Source: Paraspadella gotoi (taxonomy: Eukaryota > Animalia > Chaetognatha). Taken from it: 64,000 nt of DNA. The stretch is from contig CM119263.1 of the NCBI GenBank assembly GCA_051294375.1, positions 13,594,414 to 13,658,413 of the forward strand. The letters run 5' to 3'. Positions 38,053 to 52,796 of this stretch are shown in pieces; the first letter of the stretch is position 1; each line of letters opens with the position of its first letter. Under the pieces are notes generated by a model. That model worked only from the letters and a program-made list of their open reading frames with translations. It did not search any database and had not been told where the DNA came from. The position numbers and the translations under genes are program-made.

Positions 38053-38499
38053 TCCTCCTACTCTGCTCAAGGACGCTCGACGAGACGTTAAGCGCAAGTC
38101 TATTCCTAATAAGGCGAATATCTCTTTCTCCTTCAGTTCTCTCGCAAGATGCCGATTCGAGTCGTCGGCGTTTATCGGCGGCGCCGCATCTGCCGTAATC
38201 CTTGGATTAATTAATAGCTGCGTTAACCACGGAAATTATTAATCTCATAATGGCGTTCTCATTTTCCTGAATCCGCTTTCTCTTTGGCTGTATTGTTCAT
38301 CTCTGAGGAATTCCTATTTCGTTGCCAAAACAAAATTATTTACGGATGGTAGATCTTTTGTTTAATATTCGTGCGAAAAAAGAATTTCAACGTTTTTTTT
38401 TATTTTGGTCTATCCTATTTTACCAATATATGTACATGCATAGGTGGAAGAATTCCATGAAAAAGCCTATGCTCTATTTTATAGGGGCCTTAAAATATT

Positions 38500-38656
38500 G
38501 GGGATTAAATTTTACTTTCGCCTTTTAAAAAATTATTACCCAATTACCCTTACCATAAACCCTTTTAACCCTAACCACCCCTAAACCTAAACCAGCCCTA
38601 AACTACCCTTAACCCTAATCCCCCCTAGCCCCGGTCGGCGAAAGTAAATTTAACCC
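38500..38656. mobile_element. Small inverted-repeat element filled with degenerate TAACCC (telomere-like) repeats; related inverted copy at ~49685-49830
   Basis: Ends GGGATTAAATTTTACTTTCGCC and GGCGAAAGTAAATTTAACCC. Interior CCCTAA/TAACCC variants. The 49.7-kb copy shows AAATTTTACTT.CGC followed by GGGGTTAGGGGTTAGGG. Confidence 0.6.
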
Positions 38657-40246
38657 AAATCTATTTCTATTTTTTGTTTTTAAAATTTCTTTAGAAAATA
38701 TATAAATTCAAGTCCTCTGTTCCAATATCTGTTTTTCCCTTGATGAATGAAAGCGTCGTGCCTGACTTTGTATAATGCTTTTTTGACATTTTTTTTTTTT
38801 TTTGCATGATAAAATCGCTTAAAAATAGCGATTTGGAAACAAAAAGTTTGTTTTTTTTTATATTGGTTTCTCACTGTTTTCCAATTTTATTTTCAGATTG
38901 TGATAAATGCTAAATTGAATCCTTCCCAAAATTCCCTATCGCCTTTCAAACGCATCCTCGCAGCAAACCGACTCTACTCCCCAAATAAAAAAAAAATTAA
39001 ATTAAAAAAAAAAAAAACCCCAAGTGAACCACTATAACTTCGGTTTGTCGTAAACTTAAACGTTAACCGGTTAAGCTTCCCAAACTAAGTAATCGTGAGT
39101 GAAGCGAGATTTGGGTCCGAACCGTGATTTTTTTATTATTTTTTTTTATTATTTTCGCCGTTTGGACTTTTCTCTCCCACACGCGATTCCCGATCGCGAT
39201 TTCTCGGACGATCCCGAAAAAGGACAAGTGGACATAAAGACCGCGCACGCACAACGTCGTAGACCAGAAAGCATTTTAAATCCGTTCCAACGGCTTTCCG
39301 TTGTTTTTTTTCTTTTTTCCAAACACGGAGTATTTTCTTTTTCTTCGAATATTCTGGTGCGGAATTAACGTTTAGTTTCTTCATCAAAAACCTGTTTTTT
39401 CGGGTGAATTCGCTTTTAATTCAACGTCGACAACTTTTTTCATCGAATTCTAACGAATCCTGGTCTATCGTCGATGAAAATCAACCCGTGACTCGAACGT
39501 TCGAACATCGCTACCTTAAAACAAACCCTTGGATTCCTCACTTTTCTTTACCGCAAAAATTTCGTTTCTTTTATAATGTAAGAAGTATAAAAACCAAGTT
39601 CAGATTTTATATTTAACGAAAGATCCGAAGAAGCAATTTAACAAGATTTTTTTTTTTTCTGTCGTGGATAAAAATTTTTTTTCTTCTGGAAAACCAATGC
39701 AGACCAAAACCTGAAAACTGCGTGACAATCGAAATTTGAAAAGAAAAATCACTTTTTATCATCGTTTGACGAAATTCGCGGCGGTCATCAACGATCTCGT
39801 GTCGCACGTTCGCAAAAACAAAACGACGAAAAATATAAGCGTTCTCTTCCGTCACGTACAACTCACGGCAACGACGCCGACGTCATCACTAAAGGCGCGT
39901 CGGACCAGTGGACAGACTTCTCTCCTTACTGCTATGTCGTTTGCGAGAGAAACCTCTTCGCCGCCTTGACGTTTCTTGTGGGACGGCGTCTCCGAATTCG
40001 GCAAATATATTTTTCACGTCTCTCGAAAAGGGTCTACTGGTCAACTAATTGCATCGAAGAATGTCCGGAGTTTAGGTGAGATATGTTGCCTTGTCAGGTG
40101 GAGCTCGACAGGATTAATTTCTTAGAATTAAATTTTGATTTGTTTTAAATTTGTTAATGTTTTGGTTTCAGAGCAATTTACTTTCGTGACGCAAGTTCAC
40201 TCCAAGGTTGCTGGCGACGACGCTGCAGCCGAGGAGAAGAACGGGT

Positions 40247-43200
40247 ATGGCCCCAGGCCAACTTCCAGGTAAGCTTAATGTAAAGGTATTCAATAGATTT
40301 TATGGTGTTTTCCGTTAGTTACGTCATGAAGAATCTGTAATTAAAAGAAAAAATATTTATTATGCCTAAGGCTTTGTTCGAGACTATTCAATATTCTCTC
40401 GGCACTTTGACTAAAAGTCGTTCATTTTAGTCACAGACCCTAGATTATGCAAATTGTATCAATGAACCATTATAATTAAAATATTCTAATAAATAATACA
40501 TCTGTTTAAGTAAGAAAACAATAAAATGAATATTTATTAGGCAAAATTAGCGACTATAATTCCGAGGATCGTATATGCCGCGCCGTTCACTTTCTCCGTC
40601 TTTAAATTCGTTTCAATCGTAAATTATGTATATGACATACATTCTTTCAGATTATACAATTCTTGGACTTGCTGTGATATTTTTTATCGCGTGGTGGTTC
40701 CTTTGGTTTATACACATGGTGGCCATAATACATGCTTCAAGAAGATTATATAGGTAAGACGCTATTTTGCCCCAAGTTAAGTATAAATTTTTTTAACTGT
40801 AAGAAAAAAGTCTGAATTATGATATTATTTGTGTTGTTTTTTGTTATTCATTTTTAGTACACTTATTTTTTAAAGTTGTTAAAATATTATTTATGTACTT
40901 TAGCTTTATTGAACTGAATATCCTAATTAGGGCCAATCTATGTCCATTTGGGTATGTCGAAAATTTGATTTGGGTACCTTCTCAAATAAAGCTTCCGACA
41001 TTTCTGTGAAAACTTTTAATGGACCAAAATTTTCTAAAATGGCTTGAAGCACTAGTAATTATTTTTTTAATATTTATTTATAGATAGGAAATGTCAAAAA
41101 ATTGTACTTTTAAAAGCAGATTCTGATAGCTTACAAAAGTAGTCTACATAAAGTATAATTCTTTTTTCAATATTTTGATGATAAAGAGATCAAAATTTAT
41201 GAAAACCTTAAAAAATCATCATTATTATCATCAAACGATGATTTTAACAGTTTTTGCTAATTTTTGGTAATAAAACATCATTATTTTAGAAAGTTGTAAT
41301 TATATTTTTTGTTTAACTTTTTGAGTTCTATCAAAATCAATTAAAAGAACGTAAAATATCAAAAAAATGACATTTGGCAATAAAATAATTTTAATTAGCG
41401 ATTTACTCATGGTTTGGAAACTTTTTGCAAAAAAAAATTCTAACACAAAAACTAATACTAATAATGGATTTCTTTAATGCTGTTCCCATTAAAATTTGAA
41501 TTTGGTCAATCTCTCAATTTGGTCAATCAATCTCTCTTAAATTCTTAATAGGTCAAAGATGCTGTCCAGCAAAAATCCAGAAACACCTCTTCCAGGGGTC
41601 TCTATTCTCAAACCGATTACTGGGGTTGATCCTAACCTTTATAACAACTTAGAAACGTTCTTTCAAATGGATTATCCCAAAGATAAATACGAACTTTTGT
41701 TCTGTGTCCAGGTAAGGAACAAGTACTCGCCTCTAGTTCTTAACCGTGCGAATAGTGCGATATTTCAACTAAGTTTTACTCGTGCAGGAGAAAGAAGACC
41801 CGGCCATTGACCTCATTGAAAGTTTAAGAGCGAAAAATCCGCTCGTCAACTCCTCCCTTTTTGTGGGTGAGTCTTTTTATAGATTTTATAATCAAATTTA
41901 CTTAGATGTATCTCGTGAAGTAAAAGTTTACAAAACGTTCTCTATAGACAAAAAAAAAAAATTATGAACTATTTAATTCTCGAGCAAAAAAAGTCGTTCG
42001 TCTTCTTATTTTTAAGGATCGAAGGGAAAAAGGTCTAATTATCATTTATTATTTTTACCTCGTGAACTCCCGAAAATTTTATCGCGACGACGCCCAGCCT
42101 ACTTATTAAATTTGTTAAACGTGAAAATGATTTAAACCTCAGCGATATGTATTTTTATGGTGCCCCTTTCAGGTGGAGAGAATGTGGGTATCAACCCGAA
42201 GATCAACAACTTGATGCCAGGGTACAAGTCCGCCCGATTCGAGTATATGATGGTTAGTGACGCCGGGTTGCGCATGCTGCCGGAGACTTTGCTGGACATG
42301 GTGTCGTACCTCAACGACGTCACGGTGCTCGTCCATCAGCTGCCCTACGTTTGTTATCGAATGGGATTCGCCGGAATTCTAGAGGTGTTTGCATCATTTT
42401 CTTAGTTTTAATCTAATAATATAGTTTTTTCAGCAGACCGTCATTCAGTTCGAAATGTAACATACATTAAAAAAATCGATAATTTAACATTCTTAATAAT
42501 AAAGATGATTTTAAAAATTTACTGTAATATAAAATTTTTAAAATTGTCATAGGAAATCGATTGTATAAAACTTCTTTTCCATCCGTAGATGGTTTACTTC
42601 GGCTGCCAACAAGCCCGGATGTACCTGGTAGCGGACTTCTTCGGCTTCGCCTGCCTCACCGGGATGTCCTTCATCATCAAGAGAGAAATCGTGGAGGAGG
42701 CCGGGGGTCTTCAGGTTTACGGGAAGTACATCGCCGAAGACTACTTTCTCGCTCAAACAGGTTTCTTTTTTTTATCCGTGTCGGAGAAGCTTGATGTGGA
42801 AGGATGGAATGGGAACCGAGAATCGAAGATTTAAATCGATCGCTTTTTTTTTCTTCGTTTCTCAGTTCTTCGAAAGAACCTGCGCACGACGATCTCGTCG
42901 CTGCCGGCCCTTCAAAACTCGGGCATCTGCAACGTCCGCGCTTACCAAGAAAGGATGATCCGGTGGATCCGACTTAGGGTTCACATGCTGCCGCACCTGC
43001 TCATATTGGAACCCTGCCAGGAGTGTATCTTTCTTGGTAGGTATTCCTTCAAATTTGCTCTTGTTTTGGATACTTGATCAGTTTAAAAATTACAATTTTT
43101 TTTCTCTCATACCCCCTCTCTCACGTTCTTTCTTTTTGCGTCTCTTCTTTACCGCCTTCCTCTCTTTCTAAACCTCTTTCCTCCCCTTCATCTCACGCCT

Positions 43201-44998
43201 TCATATAGAATTTTTATACCCACTACATTTCTCTGCCCCAATTTTACTCTCCTTCATTTTCTTTTATTTTTTTCTTTCCATTTGTTTCCTTCTTTTCTCG
43301 CCTTACCTTGGTCTCCCACTTTTTCTCCCTTTCTCATTGTCTTGTTCTCCCTTTCCTCTTCATTTTCACTTCTTTTTTGCATCTACTTTAAGCCAAATCA
43401 ATTAAAATCCTTAATTATTAGAAAAAAAATTGTTGGTAGCGCATTATTTTATTTCGATTTTGCTTGCCTAGTAGATTTAGTAAATCGAAACCAAATTGCG
43501 GAAAACTTTTCCGAAAACTCTTGTCGATTCAGAAAAAACATATTCTGACGCTTTGCATTATTATTTTTTGTTTGTTTTTGTTTTGTTTTTTTGTTTTATT
43601 AACGTTAGTATGTACCTTATCTTTTAAAACTATAAAATTAAAAATATTCTTCATTAAAAATAAATGTAAGTCACAAAAAGTCAAATTAGTTATCTTTAAA
43701 AATTATTTATGGCTAAACCATAAAAGTTTTTTGATAATTTTTTAGGTGTTAAAAACTTATTCTGTAAGTTGAAACCAATTTGAACTATTTTTGTTTAATA
43801 AATTATCATACAAACTAAAACTTATTTTTGACTAGTCATTTGTAAAATTAATTTTTAGCCAAACTATGAACAATATAAGGAAAACTATTTATTCAGAGGT
43901 GAAGAAGAAAAAGAAGAACCGAAAGCCAAAGTAAAAAAAAAATTTATCATTCATTGGCATTTAAATCAGAAGAAAAAAAATTGTTTCCTAAAAGTTATAT
44001 TATTAGAAATGGCTGGAGATGGTGTAGTCGGAATAATAAAAAGTCCGTTTCCTACAATGGTTTTAACCAATTCGTAGTTTGGCTCAATTTGTATTATGGT
44101 ACAGGTTAAATTAATTTCGTAAGTAATAACTGAACAATATTGGAAAAAGCTCCTTTTTTTTTCTGAATACCACAAACGTAAGCGGAACCGTAAGTGGTAA
44201 CGAATCATTTTCAAACTATCTTATCCAACAACTTTCCTCCATTTCTCAGGCGTCCTCTCGTCGTGGGCTGTGATGATTCTCTTCGAGTGGAACTTTTTGG
44301 TGTTTTTCCTCATCCACCTCCTGGTCTGGTTCCTGCTCGACTATTTACTGGTCAAACTCGTGCAAGGGAGTCACTTGACGAACTTTTGCAAGAACGACTC
44401 CGGGGACTCTTCGAAGGACTCCTCCTCGTCGACGACGATGTCCGCAAACTCCTCGGCGCCTACGGGGAAATCCGGGGGAAAATCCCTGTGGCCTCCGGAT
44501 TCGTCGAAGCCGCGGTGTTCCCCCAAGGCATGCTGTTGCGGCTGCTGCCCTTCGGCGTCCACCGGGTCCTTCGACAGCGGCGGCGGCGTCGGAGTCGGCG
44601 TCGGCGGCTTAAAGACGCCGTCGGAGGTGTTTCGTTGTTACGACGACGCCTCCATCGGCATTCATCGACCTCGTCATGTTCGGTCGGCGTCGGCGACAAC
44701 GACGCGACAGCAGCAGCATCCGCTACCGCAGCAACCACAACATCCATCGCATTTCGCGCTTCAGTTTCGTCAACAGAACGAACAATCGACGGCGCGGACT
44801 CAGAACCGACTGTTGTTTCCGGTGTCCAAGTTCGACTTCCTCATCTCTTGGATCTTTCGCGAGTTCACCGTCATGTATCTCTTTCTCAAAGCCATCTCCA
44901 CGAATAAAGTCACGTGGCGGACGGGGTCTTACAGGCTAGAGTGGGGGGGCACGGCCACCAACGCCGATCCTCCTCTCAAGTCTGTCGTCATTGCGTAG
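40247..44998 (+). CDS. UGCG: Ceramide glucosyltransferase (glucosylceramide synthase, GT21)
   Basis: Exons 40247-40268, 40651-40753, 41552-41711, 41788-41866, 42173-42384, 42589-42760, 42866-43036, 44250-44998. Motifs [87 protein letters not shown]. Confidence 0.96.
41052..41400. repeat. Dispersed AT-rich repeat, copy 2 (UGCG intron)
   Basis: Similar to 8628-9000. Confidence 0.75.
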
Positions 44999-45122
44999 AT
45001 GAAAGAGGTCGTGAGAGGGGGATAATCCAGGGCCCCCCGGGGCCCTTTACCCTTTTCGTGGGATTTTTATTGTTGGTGATTCTACGGTCTTCTCTCTTCT
45101 ATCCATCAAAACTCCCTTCACT

Positions 45123-45206
<84 letters not shown>

Positions 45207-48200
45207 ATGTTCCTCTTGTTTTGAATAGCATCGTTACTCGCTTTCTCCATCATCACCGTTGATTGCTCTTTTGTTGACCGTTGATGAAAGCGAGACACCG
45301 GTAGCGTCGACCCCTCGATTTACCAATCCTCTTTCCAAAAAAAAAAACAACCATGCGCTCGCAGCCTGTCCACGGATCGACGATTCCTTTCCCTGCGCTT
45401 CTCATTTCGCGTTCGCTACCGAGGGAAAGAGGCTGCGCGCGAACCTTTTGGGGGGGAAATCGGATTGGGGAAAAATGAGACATTCGGCCAGTCCCTCAGC
45501 AGCGATCGAAATCCGCGCTGGGAGAAGAATAAGAAGATAACAAAAAAAAACCTTTTTTTAAAAAAAATTTAGTCTTAGTATAATTAACCAAAATCGAACT
45601 GCCATCTCATCTCGCCGCCCTTATATCGCTAGTATTTTTGTTGATTCGAGCGTTCGAAGGATTGGTCTTGACTCGACATCGAGAAGAAGGCTCAACCGTT
45701 TTGTGCCATGATACAAAATTAACCAGGATATTTGTAAATTAGACAGTTTTTTCAAACCGACCGTTTTTTTCTCCCTTTCATGAGTTCAATATCCGACGCC
45801 TCCGGGCGTTCGAATCTTCGACAGTTTAAAACTTTTTTTTTAATTCAATCTTACTCGAGCGTCGTTTTTGTGTGTGCATGTGCGTGTGTGTGCCATATTT
45901 TTTTTTATTCGTATAAAAGATTTATTGCAGAGATCGTCTATCTCGCGCTGCGATAATTAACCTACGTTAAATTCTTTTAAATTTAACATGGTCGAACTAA
46001 ACTAAATTTCGCGCATCTCTTTTTTTTTATATCTGGGTGGGAATCGCCAAGGTTGTGGCTCTCAGTACTTTGAGTACGCGACGCTTCAGTTGGTCACGTT
46101 TCATTTTTTTTTTAAATTCTGCTTAAAACTTCTTTTATTTTTCAATTGAAAAATCGGAAGGAATCCGCCTTTCACTCCCCAGTCATAGTATACAATTCTC
46201 TAGCTAGTGCAAAGAAAATACGTTATTCCGTCTTTCCTTGTCGCTATTTTTATATTTATTTTACGACGTACATGTTTCAACGCTATTTTCCGTTTTCCTC
46301 ATCGTAAAATACTAATAAAGCGTTTTTATAATAGTTTTAAATTCATCGAACTATATCTTTATGATATAAAAGTGTCCGATTTTTAACTAAATTAATGAAA
46401 TTTTTATGTTTCGATGGAAAAGAGGAATGTATTTGAATTCTATTGCCTCTTCATTAAAAACAAATCAATTTTTTTATCAAATAATCTGTTGGCATTTCGC
46501 GTCGGGGTATATTCTATACTGTTTTGATCATCCGCGTCGAATGATATATTTTCGAACACTGTCATATTTTTAATATAGTATGTACCCTCGATTGTAGGCT
46601 TTCGATTAGTTGAATTGAGCGATTTTTAGTTTTACGATTTACGAATTACCATTTACGATTTTTAGTTTTAACCATTTCTTAAACTTAATATAATGCCATG
46701 ATTCTCTGTACGCATTATCAAAAGTTTAAATTTGATTAAAGTTCTAATAATCAATTAAAACTTGTATTAAATGCGCGTTTTCAAAATGTGATCTTTTCAT
46801 TGTACGATTAGGAATATGTTACATTATAGGGGTATGGAACAATTGTTAGTGGTGATTCAAGGAACATGAGAAAATTAAATGTTTTAACTAGTCTCAGTCT
46901 CCCGAACATTTTTCTTTAAAATAAGAACTAAATTATTCGCTAAGTTTGAATTCACTAGTCTCACAGACCTATAATGCCATGATAGCGCTACACGATGTTT
47001 TAAATTCTTCGCTCACATTCCTTAACACATGCCAATCAATGATCACATTTTCAAAAAAAAAAATCTAAAAATTGGAAAATAACTTCTCTCATTTATTTCT
47101 TCCCTCCTTCCCATCCTGTTTCCTTTACACATCGTTGGGTTTATTCCTTGATCATGTGCAACTATAATAAAGAAATGTTTGATAAAGTGTCAAAATTTTT
47201 ACTCTCCTCCGCTGATTTTTTAAATATTTTAATTAGACAATTAAATCGTAAGACAGCTACACATCTTAAAGACCAAGAAAGTACAGATAACGATAGATCA
47301 GTAATTTAGTATAATTAAACGATTTTGTTATATTTACTTTGTCTTGCCCTATTTAATGACTTGGAGGGAAAGATGATGATGACGAATAACGATCAAGGGA
47401 GATCGAACAGCCCTCGCTCGAATGGCGAGCGCTGCCAGTTCGAGATCGTTCGAAGAAGAGATTATCGGTGATCGGGGTTTGGGGATTGTTACGAGAGGTC
47501 GGGGGCGGGGAGAAAGATATTCGGCTCGAATCGGGATGAATCCCAGGCCTGCGATCGCAAACACTGAACGAGATTGCTCGTTGATCTCACGGACAAGGAT
47601 GACGGAAAACCGCAATTAGCTCCGTTTTCGTTGCACCGCAGAACGTTGCCGAAACAGAAAAAAAAAACAACTGCTCTGTAGACATTGAACGTCGCTTTCG
47701 GAAAATGTTCGTCTCGTCAATTATATTATAAACTTAGATAATATTTTAGATTCTTCTCGCTCTCGCCGACGGCTCGGGATAAAAATTTCGATGGAAGTTT
47801 GAAAACATCATCGATTTCAGTGAAAATTTAAAAAAAGAAATAAACTGCTCGTTCTTTAATGTAAGCAGTGAAAGAAATTTTGGATTAAAAAAAAAAAAAA
47901 CCGCGAAGCAGAAACCGCATCTTCGGGAATTATTCTTTTTTTTTGTATTAATCAAACTTAAAGGTCGATTTCGTCCAGTATACAGTATAAAAACCACTCT
48001 CTAACATCAGAGGATTTTCGCACGGCAAATTAAAATCTTAAACGACGAGCCGGTCGCGTGAGTTAACAACAAACTTAAGACATTGTTTTACCCGACTACG
48101 CGAGGACACGTGGATCGACTTTAATCGTGAATCGTTTTTAGTTTGGTTCACTCCTTTCTCTGGGTAGATATCGGCGGAGGACTTCGGCTTTCAAATTACG

Positions 48201-48221
48201 AACAACCGAAATCGCGACAAG

Positions 48222-51200
48222 ATGGAAATGGAGGTGGAGGACGAGTACGTGACGGGAATGTCGGGCGCCACCAAGACGAGGGTCTTGCGGCGAAACTACG
48301 CCGCTGAGGGCGACACCATCACCCAACTCGGTTTAGACGTGAGTGGGGAAGGCTGGGCTACCGATACGTAGCTTACGTGGAAAGGCGGAGCTGTTTTCTT
48401 CGTAAATACAAAGTAATTTTTTTTTCTAATAAACTATTAAACAAATACATTTTTACGTAAATTTATAAACTCGTCTCACTCTTAGCCGAGAAATTCATTG
48501 AAAGAAGTGGCCAGTGGGCAACGATTTCACTCGCGACATAAATTTTCCTCTTGTCCTTGCCAAAAAGGGGAGCCGTCCATAATGAAGGGGATGAAGTTAA
48601 TGATGATCACTCCGCCTGATAAGCAGAGCACAGGAGTCAATTAGGGGACATCAACGGGAGAAGGGAGGAAAAAACTTGGACGGCCTCTCGGTTAAAAAAA
48701 ATATATGTTGGAGGTAACAAAAGTGACGACTAACGTGGCTGTTTTTTGCGGTTGAAAAACACACTAGTATCACTGCGCTGTAAAATATATTGTTGCCATT
48801 TCATATTACGCGAAGTTATTAATTATTTAATGATTCGAGAGAGTGAGAAAGAGGGATAAGTAAAACAATACAAAATAAAAAATAAATTTACCGCCGACTT
48901 ATTTACGACAAAACAAAGAGAAAAAGTTCCCGCCACGCCATGCCGTCCTAACGACCACGCTTAACACAAGTTCCCCGCATCTGGAAAATGGTTAATAGTA
49001 GTATGTTCTTGTTGTTAATTGATTTCGTTTTAAATTCAAGGCGCAACAACGAATGGAGCAGCGGAGGCAGGCGATGATGGAAGCGAGAGACGCGAGGATG
49101 AAGCAAGTCCAAAAGGATCAACGCGAGGTGAGAGCGTATTGGAGCAAAAAGGTGAACAGCAGCAGGATCGAATGGGAATTGATGAGCGAGAGAACTGAGG
49201 ACTGATTATTAACGATGGCATCGCGTGAAAGCTGTGAATACTGAATACTGAATAGAGCCAGAATGAATAATCGTTATCTTCATCGTCGTAGTTTGTTGTT
49301 GTTGTTGTTGAAATTGAATCATCAAGACGAGGGAGATAATCTTTTTCCCCATTTTTTTATAAAAGAAAAAAAAAGAAGGAAGGAAAAAAAAATGAGTGAA
49401 TAATAGTTTTCATTGATTAATTCCAGTCAGTGAAGTTTACTTAAATGACGGAAATGAAAATTGTTGCCACAAGTTTCTCGTCTCGGGAGGTTTGACAATT
49501 GTCCTTGATAGAGCGCATCCTTTTAAAGCAGTCGATGCGCTATTGTGAGGAGATGATGTGCCTTTGCTATAAGACAAATATTTAAGTCAATTAAGAATAA
49601 TTTAAAATATTAAGATAAAAGTTTTTACAGTCAAACTAAACTAAACTATAATAATAATTGCAAATATAATGATAAATTTTATTTGGCAAAATTTTACTTA
49701 CGCTGTCTGGGGTTAGGGGTTAGGGGTTAGGGTTAAAAGTAGTGGAAGGGTGATTTAGGGGTAGATTAGGGGTATGGGGTAATTAAGGGTTTAGGGATAG
49801 GGTAATCAGGTAATAATTTTTATAATTTTTTTTAGTAATATATTTTTTTTTATATTATTATTCAAAAAAAGCCAAAATCTCAAAAGAAAAGTTTACCTTT
49901 AATTAACTAATAATCCAAACAGAGGCGCTTATTCGGAGAAATAAACTTTTTTCCTTGATGGAGAATCGAAGAAAAAACGGCATCTGTGCCAAAATGAACT
50001 TTTTCTTCAGGATTTAAAATCATCCAGTAATTTCCCGAAGAATGTTTTGCTTCATTAAAAGCGATAAATTCTCTGAAAAAAATGTCTCTCTTAAACAACC
50101 GCGCGTCTTCGAGACGAATTGAAACTTACCGGCGAAAAAGAAGCGTCAATAGATTTAAAGATTTCCGAACTGAAGTGGGTAAAGTTTTTCAAAGGTTTCA
50201 GACGTTTTGAGTAGTTAAAAAAACGTAAAGTAAAGTAAACGTAAGTAATATATTATACGTTAAGCGATCAGTCCACAAAACATTTAAATAATTAAAATAT
50301 TAAAATTTTTCTTACCCCAATCTCCCACGACCCCCCTTTCTCTAAACCCGGCAGCAAGCGCTCAAAGATTCCGGTCTCCACCGAGAGACGTCCGTCTCCA
50401 GCGACGGCGTCGGCGCCGGTTCCGGCAGAGATCGGGATTATTCCATCGCCAGAGGGAACGACGGAAACCTCATCGACGTCCGCACAGTTTCTCACGCGCA
50501 ATACCGAGAACAGAGGGTGAGTGAGAGGGTAGGGAAACTTCGCTGCAGTTGAGTGAGGAAAAATGACATTTTTTGGGTTGTAGTCGCCGCTGTTGTTATT
50601 GTTGTTAAATGGCACGCGCAGTACATAGAGGGTGAAGCGTCATTTCAGCTATTTCTGCGGCTGTTGTTGGATCACACCATCGACACAGAGATCAGAGGGT
50701 GTGTAGGGAAGCTGCTGCTGCAGCTTTTGCTGCTGTTGTTATTTTTTGTTGTTGCTGAATCCTCGATTCCTGTTCAGCGGACATTACTATTTCTTTGTCC
50801 CGATAGTGACGCATTAATTGGAAAAACTAGTGGCATTCGGTGACAATTTCTTGTCTATCGTTAAGTACTCCGTGATTGCGCAGTGTTGCGGAGATGGTGC
50901 GCGCGTCGTCCGGCATTTTTTTTTTCCTTTTTCGAGAAAATCGGCTTGGCCTGTTGCGGCGGGTAATCTCGAAGATTGGCGCGAAAACTCGGGATCAAGA
51001 AGGATCAACAAATGGGATCAATAGAGATCGACGGGGGAGACGAATTTGGAATCGCCTCCAAATACATTCAGATGGAGCGAAATAAAAAGCTTTTTTTTTT
51101 CTTTTAAAAGGATTAATTTCTTAAGTAATGTGCATGTTTTTTTCGAAAGTTCATTTCTGACAACGAAATGTAAAAATCTCCCTCCGCATTATATTCTATA

Positions 51201-52748
51201 TTTTTGACGAACAAATACAACACGCAACCTAAAACAATATATTTATAAATATTTAATAAATCACAGTATAATATTAATTTAAAACCATTTAATATATATG
51301 TATTAGTTACAATACATTTATTTTCACGGTTAGGACAAAATCCACGAGCTGGAAGAGAAGTATCGAAAAGCGATGATCCAGATTGCTCAGCTGGACAACG
51401 AAAAGCAGGTGCTGTTGTACAGGGTAGATCTCTTCCAGGACAGGATGGAAGAGCAGGAGGAGCGGACGGCAGAGTACCAGCGCCTCAGCCGGGAGAAGAA
51501 GCATGAGCTGGACTATCAAAAGAGAGTTTACGCCGACCTGGAGAACGTGCTGACCTATCACAAGGCCATGCTCAAGCAACGAGACGACATTATAGCGGTG
51601 AGAACGCACTTGAACCACTAGTCTTATTCTATTTTGAAATAATAAATAGAAATATTTTATACTGATGGAAAATGATACGAAGAAGCAAGGGAAAGGCAAG
51701 ATGAGAACTTGTTATGTTTTTGTTTTGTGATAGGATGGAATGGTGATTGAACATTTTTTTGTCTCCAGAATCACGGATTCGTCTTCGTCGGCGGCGAACT
51801 CGTGGACGACGAAGAGGCGATCGCCGAAGGAAACGAAGGAGCGAAGAAACCCGGGGCCGCCGCCATCTTGACGCAAAAGGCGGCCGCCATGTTGGAAAAA
51901 TGTGGAGAGGGATCGTTGGAGGCGAGGCTGAGGTAATTGGATAAAAAACCTGTTATAATTTATATGGAAACGAACAAGATGCACCACAACCCATATTATT
52001 GAAAATAACGTCCAACGTTAGCGTTTCACGCTTCCTGAATATTTGTTTTCATTTTTTTTTTTTTTTTGCTCTTTCTTTTCTTTTATTTCTACATATTGGT
52101 TACCGATCCGCCGTTTTTCTTTCCCTTTTTCTGTTGCTTTCCCTACAGAACCCTCCCTACCTCATTTTCTGTCAACCTTCATTTCGTTTCCTTGTCTTGC
52201 TCACCAAATGCAAGCGCATCTTCGTTACCGCAATTTTTTGCTCCACGATCGTCATTGCCAACTGTCGTAAGCGCCTAAGCGCCCATTCTTCCCTTCCCTC
52301 TTTCCCTCGCTCCAGAAAATTCGCGGCTGAGAAAGAGGATCTCCGCGAGCAGATCCGCAAGTTAAAGGCGGACTTGGAGAGCGCTCGAGGGCGCGGCGGA
52401 TTCACGAGCCTCGAACCTTTCCTCAATCGGCACGACTCGGCCCACTCTAACATGAAGGAATACACCGATGCTGGACGTGAGTAGGGGGCGAAGAGGGATG
52501 CGGAAACAGTGAAGGGAAAAAAATGGCGGGAATATTTTAATTGCATTTTGGGGCGAGAGTGAAATAACCGGTTAGGGTTTGTTATAGTTACTGTACAAAA
52601 AGTCCCTCGAAGCCTGGAATCGGAGGTTGTTGAACTGAGACTGTGGGAAAATAAAGTGAAAATGTACTAAGAAATAATTTAACCTACAGATTCATCACGT
52701 GCTCATCGCAGAATTCGGACGGGAACGGATGAATGAAAAGAAGGAAAA

Positions 52749-52796
<48 letters not shown>

